From positions 12,652 through 76,651 of IMG/VR virus record IMGVR_UViG_3300013719_000006: 64,000 nt of DNA. One strand, given 5' to 3'. How positions within the stretch are numbered: position 1 is the stretch's first letter; every line of letters starts with the position of its first letter. Of this stretch, positions 30,746-39,514 are shown piece by piece. The notes beneath the pieces were generated by a model. That model searched no databases and was not told the DNA's origin. It saw only the letters and a list, made by a program, of their open reading frames with translations. The position numbers and the translations under genes were made by a program. Source of the stretch: a virus. Its lineage: Duplodnaviria > Caudoviricetes.

Positions 30746-31129
30746 TCAGTCAGCCCAACCTTCAGAACATTTTTTCTTTTCAATCTCATTCAATTTATCA
30801 AATTCTTTCTTGCGCCTGAGGATGATGGCGTATTGCCGATAGCCGTGGTGACCTGGCGCAAAGAATTCTCCATTTGAATACATGTGCGGGTTTTGCTTCA
30901 TCGCCTCAATCGCAAGCGGAGCCAAAGCAATGTGTTGCTCACAAAGAGCTATCGCTTTCTTCATGTGTTTGGGTTCAGCACGGAGTTTGTAGTGCTTTTT
31001 TATCTGCTCTTGCAGGCTGAAGTGCGCTTGTAGTATCTGATCGTGACTAAGATGTCGCAGGCCATCTAACCACTCTTCTTCGGTCACATCCCTATCCCCA
31101 TCGGTAATTGATGGGATAAATCCTAGCAT
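30746..31129 (-). CDS. Hypothetical helical protein (moron)
   Basis: 127 aa, upstream of the lipoprotein. Confidence 0.55.
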   Translation of the reverse strand: MLGFIPSITDGDRDVTEEEWLDGLRHLSHDQILQAHFSLQEQIKKHYKLRAEPKHMKKAIALCEQHIALAPLAIEAMKQNPHMYSNGEFFAPGHHGYRQYAIILRRKKEFDKLNEIEKKKCSEGWAD

Positions 31130-31282
31130 GGCGTAGGCGCAAGATGGTGCAAAAAAAGAATGCCGATCTTGCTACGCCAAATAAATACTAGGAATATTCC
31201 TATTAGATATATTGATATTTTAATGCTTCAGGAATACTCTCGCTGTGCCATTTGGCTCAAAAATCACACAGTGAGAATCATA

Positions 31283-31435
31283 ATGAAAAAAACCATTGCT
31301 GTTTTATGCCTCATCCTGTCTATGGGTGCATCGGTTAGCGCCTTCGCAGGTAATTGTCAGCATAGTAATGATACAGCGTCTGATGGGTCGCGCTGTGGTG
31401 GGCGTTCCGCCGACGCACGACCAGGCGGCAACTGA
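31283..31435 (+). CDS. Small secreted two-Cys peptide (50 aa)
   Basis: Signal peptide MKKTIAVLCLILSMGASVSAFA; CQHSNDTASDGSRCGGRSA. Confidence 0.6.
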   Translation: MKKTIAVLCLILSMGASVSAFAGNCQHSNDTASDGSRCGGRSADARPGGN

Positions 31436-32134
31436 TCAATTTAACCCACCACCCGGTGGGTTATTATTTTTACCTAGTCGCCTCGCCTTCCTAGCCAGAT
31501 ATTCATCAGCCACAGAATCATACTCTTCTCGCGTGAAGCCTTTCTGGTCAGGATATTTGGCAGAAATCATCATCTGGAATTCCGTCATCGTGAGCTGTTC
31601 GGCCTCATTTCGACTGATACCAAAGTGATTTCGTGCTGCGCTGATGTACTCGAAAGCATTGAATTCCGTTGAAGCGCTCCCGCCCTCATGCTTCTGCAAC
31701 TGGCGCACCTTAGCTTTGCCGATCACGCCGTGAGTAATAAGTGAACGGGCCAGAACCAACATCTCGAAGTCACTCATCGCGCCATATCGCCGCTTGAACG
31801 TCCTGCCTTTTCGTTTGGCTGGCAGGAGCTCGCCAATAAGTGGCGTCATGTCAGTATCAGTACACGCCTCAAGCACGGACATAGCTGATAGCAATGCTCG
31901 CTTTCCATAGTCAGAGCTTCTGATGTGCTGCATGAGCCATTCAGGAACCAAGCCGTAAGCCTTGATAGCTCGCTCAACAAGAGGCGTCACTTCGTCATTG
32001 TGTAGGTCGTAGAAAGCCTGAACGATTTCAGCCGGACTGCCGATACGCGTCATGTTCAGAAGTGATGGCCTGAAGAAATAATCCGTCTCACCTGCACTCA
32101 CCAGACATTCGCCAATTTCCTTAAACGGGGTCAT
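31436..32134 (-). CDS. Tail assembly chaperone-like protein (DUF6246-like)
   Basis: Between major tail and tape measure; FRPSLLNMTRIG, LTMTEFQMM. Confidence 0.65.
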   Translation of the reverse strand: MTPFKEIGECLVSAGETDYFFRPSLLNMTRIGSPAEIVQAFYDLHNDEVTPLVERAIKAYGLVPEWLMQHIRSSDYGKRALLSAMSVLEACTDTDMTPLIGELLPAKRKGRTFKRRYGAMSDFEMLVLARSLITHGVIGKAKVRQLQKHEGGSASTEFNAFEYISAARNHFGISRNEAEQLTMTEFQMMISAKYPDQKGFTREEYDSVADEYLARKARRLGKNNNPPGGGLN

Positions 32135-32185
32135 TCATCCTCCATAAACATTATTAAGGGCTGACATGCAGCCCATTTGGAATGG

Positions 32186-32929
32186 TTACGAAGCAGTAAC
32201 CGTTACAGCCGTAGTTCCGGTAAAGTTACCGTCATTCGACTTAAATGTGATCGTCGCGGTGCCAGCGGCAACACCCGTAACCAGTCCGGTGCTGCTGACG
32301 GTTGCTTTCGTAGCATCTGAGGTTGTCCATGTGCCGGATTTATCTGTTGCGTCAGCAGGAAGGACAGTCGCCGTTAACTGGCGGGTAGCGCCAACGGCGA
32401 GTGAGGTTGTCGCAGGTGCAACAGTTACGCCTGTAGCGGGAACCGCTTCATCCGTATCAACAACCTGAATCGTTGATGCGTCAGCTACTTTAAATTCAGT
32501 AGAGAACGTCACAATGTCATTACTGCCGCCGTCTGAACTCAAGGCATTGATCAGCATGTACCCGATGAATGTTACTGCCCCAAACTCCATTCGAATCCAG
32601 ACTGTAGGCTGGCGAGCGGCTTGGATTTCCGTGTTGAAGTATTTGATCAGCCGGTACACGCCATACTGGTCAAGACGGTCATTACGACGCACCTCACCTT
32701 CAAATGAAATGGTCAGGTCGGCATTGGTAACAATGTTTTCGACATAGCCCTTCGTATCGTCCGCATCAGAGCTGACCGAGTTTGGGCTGAGATCGAACGA
32801 CTTAGTGGTGCCGGCAGCAAGCGCCATCCATTCGGACTCTTGCGGCAAGGTGTCAGCGCAGCCATCAGCAATTTCGAGCACAATCGCTCTGCCGAAAAGC
32901 TTCGTGTTGTCGGTCTGGCAGATAGCCAT
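32186..32929 (-). CDS. Major tail tube protein with C-terminal Ig-like domain
   Basis: VPATGVTVAPATTSLAVGAT Big-2 domain. Confidence 0.88.
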   Translation of the reverse strand: MAICQTDNTKLFGRAIVLEIADGCADTLPQESEWMALAAGTTKSFDLSPNSVSSDADDTKGYVENIVTNADLTISFEGEVRRNDRLDQYGVYRLIKYFNTEIQAARQPTVWIRMEFGAVTFIGYMLINALSSDGGSNDIVTFSTEFKVADASTIQVVDTDEAVPATGVTVAPATTSLAVGATRQLTATVLPADATDKSGTWTTSDATKATVSSTGLVTGVAAGTATITFKSNDGNFTGTTAVTVTAS

Positions 32930-32998
32930 AGGTGTAATTCCTCTTTCTTTAGGCAATAAAAAAACCCGCACTAGGCGGGCTTGTTTGTTAAACCATCG

Positions 32999-33547
32999 CT
33001 ATCTGCCATGGTTCTCGTGATATCCGTACTTTATTTCAGCTAATTTCCTGGCTGATACTGCCTCATCTAAGGTTGAGTAATGCCCAAGATTGACCTTTTT
33101 GGTTCCGTTGCTAATAAATGCGTAATACTTGCCGTTATCTTTGCGCTTATGGATACCGACGAAACCACTGGTGTTGTTATCGTATTTTTTCGCATTTCTC
33201 GTGTTCTCTTCATTGCTGACAACTCGGAGATTATCAATCCTATTGTCAGACCTGTCGCCGTTGATGTGGTCAACAAATCCATCAGGATGAGTCCCATAAT
33301 GCAATGCCCATACAATGCGATGCACAATGTAGGTTTTACCCATCAACCTAGTGAGAAGATACTTACGATTATTAATGGATCCTGCTTCTTTACCGGCATT
33401 GTCGCGATTGAAATTAACGTAAGCCGCTTTCGATTTGAAGTGTCGCTCAGGCCTGTTTTTCCATAGGACAATGCCAGTCTTTGCATCATATAAAAAGCAT
33501 TCACTCAGGAATTCAATTGGTAATTCTTTGTCTTTATCGATGTGCAT
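32999..33547 (-). CDS. HNH endonuclease with AP2 domain
   Basis: VHRIVW...VDHINGDRSDNRIDNLR; NNTSGFVGI; LGHY...EAVSAR. Confidence 0.88.
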   Translation of the reverse strand: MHIDKDKELPIEFLSECFLYDAKTGIVLWKNRPERHFKSKAAYVNFNRDNAGKEAGSINNRKYLLTRLMGKTYIVHRIVWALHYGTHPDGFVDHINGDRSDNRIDNLRVVSNEENTRNAKKYDNNTSGFVGIHKRKDNGKYYAFISNGTKKVNLGHYSTLDEAVSARKLAEIKYGYHENHGR

Positions 33548-33579
33548 TACAACCTCGTCAAAGTTGCTCGTCGTTTGGT

Positions 33580-33631
33580 TGGTGTGGCAACCCGGCGACG
33601 AAACCGGGCTTTCGGGGATCAGTCTAGCCAC
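33580..33631 (-). ncRNA. C4/CI-type tRNA-like antisense RNA element A
   Basis: GTGGC/GCCAC stem plus ACCA; GGCTAG-N7-CCCGAAA; hairpin loop TTTCGTCG complementary to downstream boxes. Confidence 0.6.
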
Positions 33632-33646
33632 TGTTTAATTATACAG
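33631..33646. promoter_or_regulatory. LexA box overlapping a TATAAT -10 element on the minus strand
   Basis: CTGTTTAATTATACAG (minus strand CTGTATAATTAAACAG). Confidence 0.8.
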
Positions 33647-33647
33647 T

Positions 33648-34037
33648 CTATTCGCCGTAAGAACAGGCAAATTGCAGGCGCCAGACCATACGCCCCTCTG
33701 CCGTGGGGATTGGTGATGGTATGCCACCCATATTGGTGATTTGGCCGACGCAGGTGTCGCTGATAGGGTTTTGCTGCACGTAGTCGATGATGGCCTGCAC
33801 GTCAGACTCTGACTTAGCGTAATCCCCTGCAGACTTGCCGGTGATCAGGTCAACAAGCACGTAATGGTCGGAGCCGATATCTCTGTCTACCGGAGTGCCG
33901 CCATTCGGCCGGAACACGATGAACCGCTGCTTCAGGTCACCCGTATCAGTCCAGATTAGTGACTGAACCGTGTATCCGGAAGTCAGGCCAGCACCGATAA
34001 GAAGATTTTTAACGCGCTGATGCATCGGAGGATTCAC
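33648..34037 (-). CDS. Tail completion/terminator protein
   Basis: Position in neck module; TAEGRMVWRLQF. Confidence 0.7.
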   Translation of the reverse strand: MNPPMHQRVKNLLIGAGLTSGYTVQSLIWTDTGDLKQRFIVFRPNGGTPVDRDIGSDHYVLVDLITGKSAGDYAKSESDVQAIIDYVQQNPISDTCVGQITNMGGIPSPIPTAEGRMVWRLQFACSYGE

Positions 34038-34402
34038 AAGCTCATCTCCTTTTTAATGGTGCGGTCGATGAGGTCGCGAGTATCCTCGAAGCCTTTGGTC
34101 AAAAACTCCTTCTGGGCTGTCGCCCGGCGGAAGGTCTGCGGCACATTCGGGTCGTGAACATAAACCGCATAGTTTGCTGAGTAGCCAACCCGCCCGGTTA
34201 GACGCGCGCCTTTGATGTCGAGCTCTCGATACTGGCTGTTGATGAGCGTGGATGTGTCTATAGGCGTATACAGCGCCGCCTGTGAAGAACCGATGATTAA
34301 CGCGCTTTGAATAGCTCTGACAGCCTTCCTGCCCTGAATGTCTCCAATCAGTGCGTTGAGGTTCTGCTGAGCCTGACGGATGCCGCGGACCTTTACTCCC
34401 AT
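34034..34402 (-). CDS. HK97 gp10-like neck protein
   Basis: YTPIDTSTLINS...VGYSANYAVYVH. Confidence 0.75.
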   Translation of the reverse strand: MGVKVRGIRQAQQNLNALIGDIQGRKAVRAIQSALIIGSSQAALYTPIDTSTLINSQYRELDIKGARLTGRVGYSANYAVYVHDPNVPQTFRRATAQKEFLTKGFEDTRDLIDRTIKKEMSL

Positions 34403-34403
34403 A

Positions 34404-34751
34404 TCAGACCCCCGTCAGAATTGCATAATCATCAGTCAGACGCTCAAAGGTGTCTGCATAGCGAATTGCCTGCATAACCTCATCAGCGCCCGCTGCGATC
34501 GGGTCAGCTTCAGTCGATTCGCCAATCAGCAGATAATCACCCTTCTTAGCCTGGGAATACTCAGACCAGAAAGTATTCTTCACCACGATTTCAGAGCCGA
34601 TACTGCCAATCCTCGCAGACAGGCCACCCTGGTAATCACACATGATTATTTCGGGTGCTGCCCAACCGAGAGAGTCGCCATACTCATCAATACCGAGATT
34701 GCGCCAGATTGTGCACGGTGCGGTGTATGACCAGCTAGCCAGCGAGCTCAT
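34404..34751 (-). CDS. Head-closure-like protein
   Basis: Position in neck module. Confidence 0.6.
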   Translation of the reverse strand: MSSLASWSYTAPCTIWRNLGIDEYGDSLGWAAPEIIMCDYQGGLSARIGSIGSEIVVKNTFWSEYSQAKKGDYLLIGESTEADPIAAGADEVMQAIRYADTFERLTDDYAILTGV

Positions 34752-34938
34752 TATTACCTTCCCGATAAACAGGGTACATTGCCAACCCTTTGTGGTTCAC
34801 AGGATTGCTTTTATAGGTGAAGTCAAGACCGTCACCAGTGAAAAAGAAATCACCTGATTTCAGGAATCCTGTTTTCTCAACTGTGCTTCCACTTTTGATT
34901 TCCATCCATTTGACCACCATATCTTCAACAATCATCAC
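34735..34938 (-). CDS. Small hypothetical protein
   Basis: 67 aa, in operon. Confidence 0.45.
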   Translation of the reverse strand: MMIVEDMVVKWMEIKSGSTVEKTGFLKSGDFFFTGDGLDFTYKSNPVNHKGLAMYPVYREGNNELAG

Positions 34939-35105
34939 TACCCCCTCCAGCTGATTACAGTGGGCTTTTCAGCAGCGATGCGAGGGCAGTTAATCCGCCA
35001 CTCGCCAGCCTCGTTTACGTAACCGGTAGTCTGTGCGCCGGTATCGGTTTTCACCCACACCCGACTGAATGCCCTGGGTAGCCTTTCCGATACAGGAATC
35101 CACAT
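34938..35105 (-). CDS. DUF551-like small protein (55 aa)
   Basis: MWIPVSERLP...; TGATG overlap with upstream gene; not in the ORF track. Confidence 0.55.
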   Translation of the reverse strand: MWIPVSERLPRAFSRVWVKTDTGAQTTGYVNEAGEWRINCPRIAAEKPTVISWRG

Positions 35106-35482
35106 CAACAGCCCCCAACCACGTCAAAGAATCCAACACTGCTGCCTACATCAATCGGCAATGATGACGTACAGCCAGACGTATCGAGCGCGGCAAGAGT
35201 GTTGCGCATAGTCTTCACATCACCGCTGTAATCGAATGACCGGGACGCCCCTGAAGGCGCTGACTGTGATTTGATGCGCTGGCTGTATGCGGTGATAGCC
35301 ATCAACGTCACGGCGTACACCTGAATAAGCATCAGATCGCATTCATCGTAGCCAGCCGCCTCCAGGCACATGCTGATACTGCCTAACTTGCACAGATAGG
35401 CATCAATCATGAAGTCCGGGACGGAGTAACCCAGCGCAGATAACTGCTGTTTAACCTGCGCTGCTGTTATCTGCACTGCCAT
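35105..35482 (-). CDS. Head-tail adaptor-like protein
   Basis: RIKSQSAPSGASRSFDY; position. Confidence 0.65.
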   Translation of the reverse strand: MAVQITAAQVKQQLSALGYSVPDFMIDAYLCKLGSISMCLEAAGYDECDLMLIQVYAVTLMAITAYSQRIKSQSAPSGASRSFDYSGDVKTMRNTLAALDTSGCTSSLPIDVGSSVGFFDVVGGC

Positions 35483-35484
35483 GG

Positions 35485-35853
35485 TTACTTATCCTTTTTG
35501 ATTGCGGCCGCCAGCGCTGCCTCGGCTTCGTCAGCTCGCTTGGTTTCTGTTTCCAGAGCAGCTACATGCTCTTTCTCTTTGCTCTCAGCGGCGTCCTGCA
35601 GTTGTTTGACCTGTTCAAGCGCGTCATCAAGCTTCGATTGCAGCACCGATGTATCAGTGCTTACAGGTGCAGACGGTGTTGCCACTTCGAAGGCCAGCTT
35701 TTCGCCTTTCTTCTCGGTGGTCTTTTCGGCTTTACCCTGTGCGAGCCACTTTTCAGCGACCGAATCCTCTACGTCATAAACCTGGCCAGCCTCCAGCTTC
35801 TGGAAGCCGGCACCGGCAAAGAGGTTTGAAACCAATACCTTTACGAGTGCCAT
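35485..35853 (-). CDS. Hypothetical virion-module protein
   Basis: Directly after capsid gene. Confidence 0.55.
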   Translation of the reverse strand: MALVKVLVSNLFAGAGFQKLEAGQVYDVEDSVAEKWLAQGKAEKTTEKKGEKLAFEVATPSAPVSTDTSVLQSKLDDALEQVKQLQDAAESKEKEHVAALETETKRADEAEAALAAAIKKDK

Positions 35854-35862
35854 GTTTTTTCC

Positions 35863-36933
35863 TTAGCTCGAAGCGTGAATAACGGAGTACTTGTTGTTGA
35901 TGTCCTGCTTAACCATCAGACCCATCGCACCCCATGTACGCCAGATGTAATCGCTGTTGTAGAACGGGCGAGGGTCAGCAACAGTACCGATAGCCTGTCC
36001 GACGATCGGAGCAATGACGCCTGCAGTCAGTGGCACAATCAGGATTTCGTTACCTGACAGTTGCGCATCTTCTTTGATGGCCGCGATGCCCGACAGCTTC
36101 AGGAGCTCTTCCAGCACGGTGCGGGTTGCGTTAACGTCGAAGTAACGCTCAAGGTTCGACATGATCTCTGCTGACACGTACCACGTCTGCGGTGCGTACT
36201 GGCTGTTGGTTACGCGAACCACATCACGCATGGCGATCGCATTGGTGCGCAGCGCTACCGGATCGGTGCTGGTTGCAAAGTTAAAGGTCAGAGTCACCTG
36301 AGCAACGCGCTCGTCAGCCTTCAGGCCTTTCCAGGTCAGGCCGTCAAACTTAACGTAGTTGCCTTCTGAATCGCGGAAGCCGTTGAACATGTAGTCAACG
36401 TACTGACGCTGCACGTCTTCAACAGAGCCACGCTGCGCATCAGCCTGAGACTGAAGTGCCGACGGGCTGTTGAAGATTGGGTCGCGCCAGGTGAACTTGA
36501 AGCCTGAGTCGTGCACCGGAACCATGGTGCCGTCAAAGGTGTAGCTCTTCGCATCCAGCGCCGCGCCAATCTGACCAGACATAGATGTGTGCGCCCAGCC
36601 ACGGCCACCGGTACGAGCGTAATCGTAACGTGACTGTTCAATGCGCACTGAGCGAGACAGCGGCATCAGGTCATTCAGCAGGGTGAACTGAGTGGTTGGC
36701 TCGAATTGGGCCAGAACGGTGGTATCGAAAGCGCGATATAGGCGGCGGATATCGTCAACAGCATTGACGGCATCCAGACGGCCGGCATCTTCACGAATGC
36801 CACGCACGCGACCGAGGAAATCGGCAGCAGCCTGAGCACCCGCATTACGCGCCATTTGCAGTTCGGCAAATTGAGACTGGTTAACCTCGAGGTTTCCAGT
36901 GCGTTCGCCCAGGGAACGGGAAAATACAAACAT
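35863..36933 (-). CDS. Major capsid protein
   Basis: 356 aa after decoration and protease genes. Confidence 0.8.
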   Translation of the reverse strand: MFVFSRSLGERTGNLEVNQSQFAELQMARNAGAQAAADFLGRVRGIREDAGRLDAVNAVDDIRRLYRAFDTTVLAQFEPTTQFTLLNDLMPLSRSVRIEQSRYDYARTGGRGWAHTSMSGQIGAALDAKSYTFDGTMVPVHDSGFKFTWRDPIFNSPSALQSQADAQRGSVEDVQRQYVDYMFNGFRDSEGNYVKFDGLTWKGLKADERVAQVTLTFNFATSTDPVALRTNAIAMRDVVRVTNSQYAPQTWYVSAEIMSNLERYFDVNATRTVLEELLKLSGIAAIKEDAQLSGNEILIVPLTAGVIAPIVGQAIGTVADPRPFYNSDYIWRTWGAMGLMVKQDINNKYSVIHASS

Positions 36934-36944
36934 TCAGGTGCTCC

Positions 36945-37379
36945 TTACTTGATTACAACGCGCAGCAGGTCACCTGCAGCGGCGGTATAGGCTTTGTCTT
37001 CTTCTACAAAGCAGCGAATGGACTCGTCAGCGGCTTGCGCTTTAACCTGCCCATTAGCGATTGAAAGCGGCTGACCTTTTTTGTAGGTGCCGGCCGCCGC
37101 GCGTACGTTCAGGAACATGCCCTGCATTGGCTGGATACCCTCGACCAGTTCGCCTGCCGGAATGCTGTCATCAACGGTCAGGCAGCGCAGATAGTCGTAG
37201 TTGGCGACATAAAGAATCGCTTCTTCATTACCATCAACCGATGCAGTGAACTTGCCCGCATCAAAGAAGCCGATAGTGCCGGCCTTGGTATCTGCTGCCG
37301 CTGCACCTTCACGATTCAGGAGCGGGTTAGGGAATACACCGCCCGCGTGAATTACATGCTTTCCATCTTTAGCCATCAT
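36945..37379 (-). CDS. Head decoration-like protein
   Basis: Gly/Ala-rich, 144 aa, between scaffold and capsid. Confidence 0.65.
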   Translation of the reverse strand: MMAKDGKHVIHAGGVFPNPLLNREGAAAADTKAGTIGFFDAGKFTASVDGNEEAILYVANYDYLRCLTVDDSIPAGELVEGIQPMQGMFLNVRAAAGTYKKGQPLSIANGQVKAQAADESIRCFVEEDKAYTAAAGDLLRVVIK

Positions 37380-38576
37380 TTACTCCGGCATTTCGCTGAG
37401 GGTTTTATCTGAGTTGACCTGACGGAAAGAACCGTTGAGGCCGGTAGTGGTCTGGCACTGTGCATACAGGCCATCCAGCGCTGCACCATCGAGAGCATTG
37501 ACTGCCATATCGTCCAGGCCAAACTTAGCCTTCACGGCATTGCGCTTTTCGCCCTTTTCTTTGTCTGCGTTAACCGCCAGACCGCTTTCAATGGTGTTCA
37601 GTTTGTCGGCAAATGGCTTGAACCATGCCGGGGCCTGCTCGCTGTTCGTTGCCGTCTCTTTGGCTTTCTTAACAGCCTCTTCTTTCTCTTTCTTGGCCTT
37701 TTCATCGGCTTCGGCTTTCGCTTTAGCGTCATCAGCTGCCATCTGGTTGTAAGCGTCCATCAGCTCAGCATCGGACTTGCCTTCAACGTCGATGCCTTTC
37801 GCTTTCAGCGCATTGGTGATGAGTTCTTTCATCGGGTTTGCTTCCTCTTTGACGGAATTGCTGTTGGCGCTGAAAAACGCCTTTAGCTGGTTGAAAAGTG
37901 TTTTAAGTGCGGGGTCTTGCGGTAAATCAGGATCTGGCGTCTCGGCTTCAGCCAGGTTCACCACTTCCAGTTCCTGCTCGGAGCCATCGGAGTTGACGAA
38001 GATGCCGACACCTTCCTCTGGAGTGCCGGCACCCGGTTCATCGAGCAGGTTGGCTACGTGGTCAAACATCATGTTGGTGACGATTTCGCGGTACTTCTTG
38101 CCCTTTGACTCGCCATTAGCGGCGATACCGGAGTAAAGAAGCCCTGTGGAAATGTGGATTGGCTCAACATTTTTACGCGCTGCCATGTCATCAAGTCGAT
38201 TGACCAGCCGCTGGCCCTTCTCAGTTGATTCGGCATAGCGGCGATCAACGTACATGTCGCCAGATACTTTGCCGTCCTTATGCTCAACATCCTGCAGCCA
38301 TGCACCTACGTGGTATTCATTGACAGCCTGAACATCGCGGGCTGAGACGTGCTTGCCGTCAACTTTTGGATGCCCTAAAGGCATTGGAGTGCGCTCAAGG
38401 GTTTTGTAGCCTTTTGCGATTTCTGCTGCCGTATACAACTTGCCGTTCATCACGATGTCGTCAACGATAGGCGTGACGCCACGGACCACGATGTGTGGCC
38501 TGCCGTTGATGATTTCGGTTGTGATGTTTGACGCAGAGTTGACGACGGACAGCACGTTAACGCGATTGCGTTTCAT
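37380..38576 (-). CDS. Prohead protease/scaffold (DUF2213-like)
   Basis: PMPLGHP, ISTG, DHVANLLDEPGAG; charged helical C-terminus. Confidence 0.75.
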   Translation of the reverse strand: MKRNRVNVLSVVNSASNITTEIINGRPHIVVRGVTPIVDDIVMNGKLYTAAEIAKGYKTLERTPMPLGHPKVDGKHVSARDVQAVNEYHVGAWLQDVEHKDGKVSGDMYVDRRYAESTEKGQRLVNRLDDMAARKNVEPIHISTGLLYSGIAANGESKGKKYREIVTNMMFDHVANLLDEPGAGTPEEGVGIFVNSDGSEQELEVVNLAEAETPDPDLPQDPALKTLFNQLKAFFSANSNSVKEEANPMKELITNALKAKGIDVEGKSDAELMDAYNQMAADDAKAKAEADEKAKKEKEEAVKKAKETATNSEQAPAWFKPFADKLNTIESGLAVNADKEKGEKRNAVKAKFGLDDMAVNALDGAALDGLYAQCQTTTGLNGSFRQVNSDKTLSEMPE

Positions 38577-38642
38577 GCTGCTTCCTCATGGGATGGATTT
38601 CAGGCAATAAAAAAGGCCGCCGTGGCGACCTCTTGTTATTTG

Positions 38643-39410
38643 TTACTCTGGTATATACTTGCTGCCCTTTACGGCATTTTCTTCTTTCCATAAAGGTTGA
38701 AGATTACTTAAGGCGTTAATTACCTTTAAATCATCAACACCTTCTGCAATGAAAGCCGATATTGGCTTGCGATGGTCTATATCCCAATCGCCACGGTTTT
38801 CCCATGTCATTCCTGGCTGGAACTGCAACTGAATTCTTTCGCGTAACTCATCCGATGTATAACCAATTGCCGATTTTACGTTACCGCTATTCCATGCCAA
38901 GGCGTTATTTATCTCGTCATAAGCCTTTCTTCGTAGCTTGTAGTTGGAATCGTGTTTCAAGACCGCATCGTAATAAGCCCGATTTTTAGCCCGTCCAACC
39001 CGGCTGCGCTTTTGCGCATTACGGCGCATTTTAGCTTCTTCGCTAATAATGGCTGACTGCCCTTTACGCGCCCTCAAAGACAAACATTCCGTACACTGCC
39101 TAGTAGATACAAGTCGTGGGGCGAGATGACCATACTTACAAGGAGTGCCAGTAAAGTAGTGTGACTTGCCTAGATTGACAGCGGTATTCTTCTTTACAGC
39201 AGAAGATTTATTTTGGGGCACACCATCAACCTTTCGCATCATGCGCTTTCTCTCTTCGAGGCATTTGCAGCACTGCTGGGTTGATACGAGTCGATCAGCA
39301 AGGTGTCCGCGCTTGCATGGCACGTGGCTACGATAATGCTTCTCACCGCTTTTTCTGGCATTTGCCAAAGACTGCTTCTGAAGCAACTTCAAATCTTCAG
39401 TAGAATTCAT
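38643..39410 (-). CDS. HNH-like endonuclease with two Cys/His repeats
   Basis: PCKRGH...QQCCKC and PCKYGH...RQCTEC; C-terminal WDIDHRKP...NLQPLWKEEN..KG. Confidence 0.7.
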   Translation of the reverse strand: MNSTEDLKLLQKQSLANARKSGEKHYRSHVPCKRGHLADRLVSTQQCCKCLEERKRMMRKVDGVPQNKSSAVKKNTAVNLGKSHYFTGTPCKYGHLAPRLVSTRQCTECLSLRARKGQSAIISEEAKMRRNAQKRSRVGRAKNRAYYDAVLKHDSNYKLRRKAYDEINNALAWNSGNVKSAIGYTSDELRERIQLQFQPGMTWENRGDWDIDHRKPISAFIAEGVDDLKVINALSNLQPLWKEENAVKGSKYIPE

Positions 39411-39439
39411 TATAAACCTCACAGTGGGTTTCACAGAGA

Positions 39440-39494
39440 TGGTGTCCGGCGCGCAGTCTGTGTTCTGCGTTTTCGGGAGCTACCCTAGCCGGAC
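39440..39494 (-). ncRNA. C4/CI-type tRNA-like antisense RNA element B
   Basis: GTCCGGC/GCCGGAC stem plus ACCA; GGCTAG-N7-CCCGAAA; loop AACACAGA complementary to downstream TCTGTG and CTGTG. Confidence 0.6.
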
Positions 39495-39514
39495 CTCATT
39501 ATTTTACCTTGTAG

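Noticed and set aside
31436-32185. Lambda G/GT-type programmed frameshift
   Set aside because: A single chaperone-like ORF with no obvious slippery heptamer leading to an extended frame.
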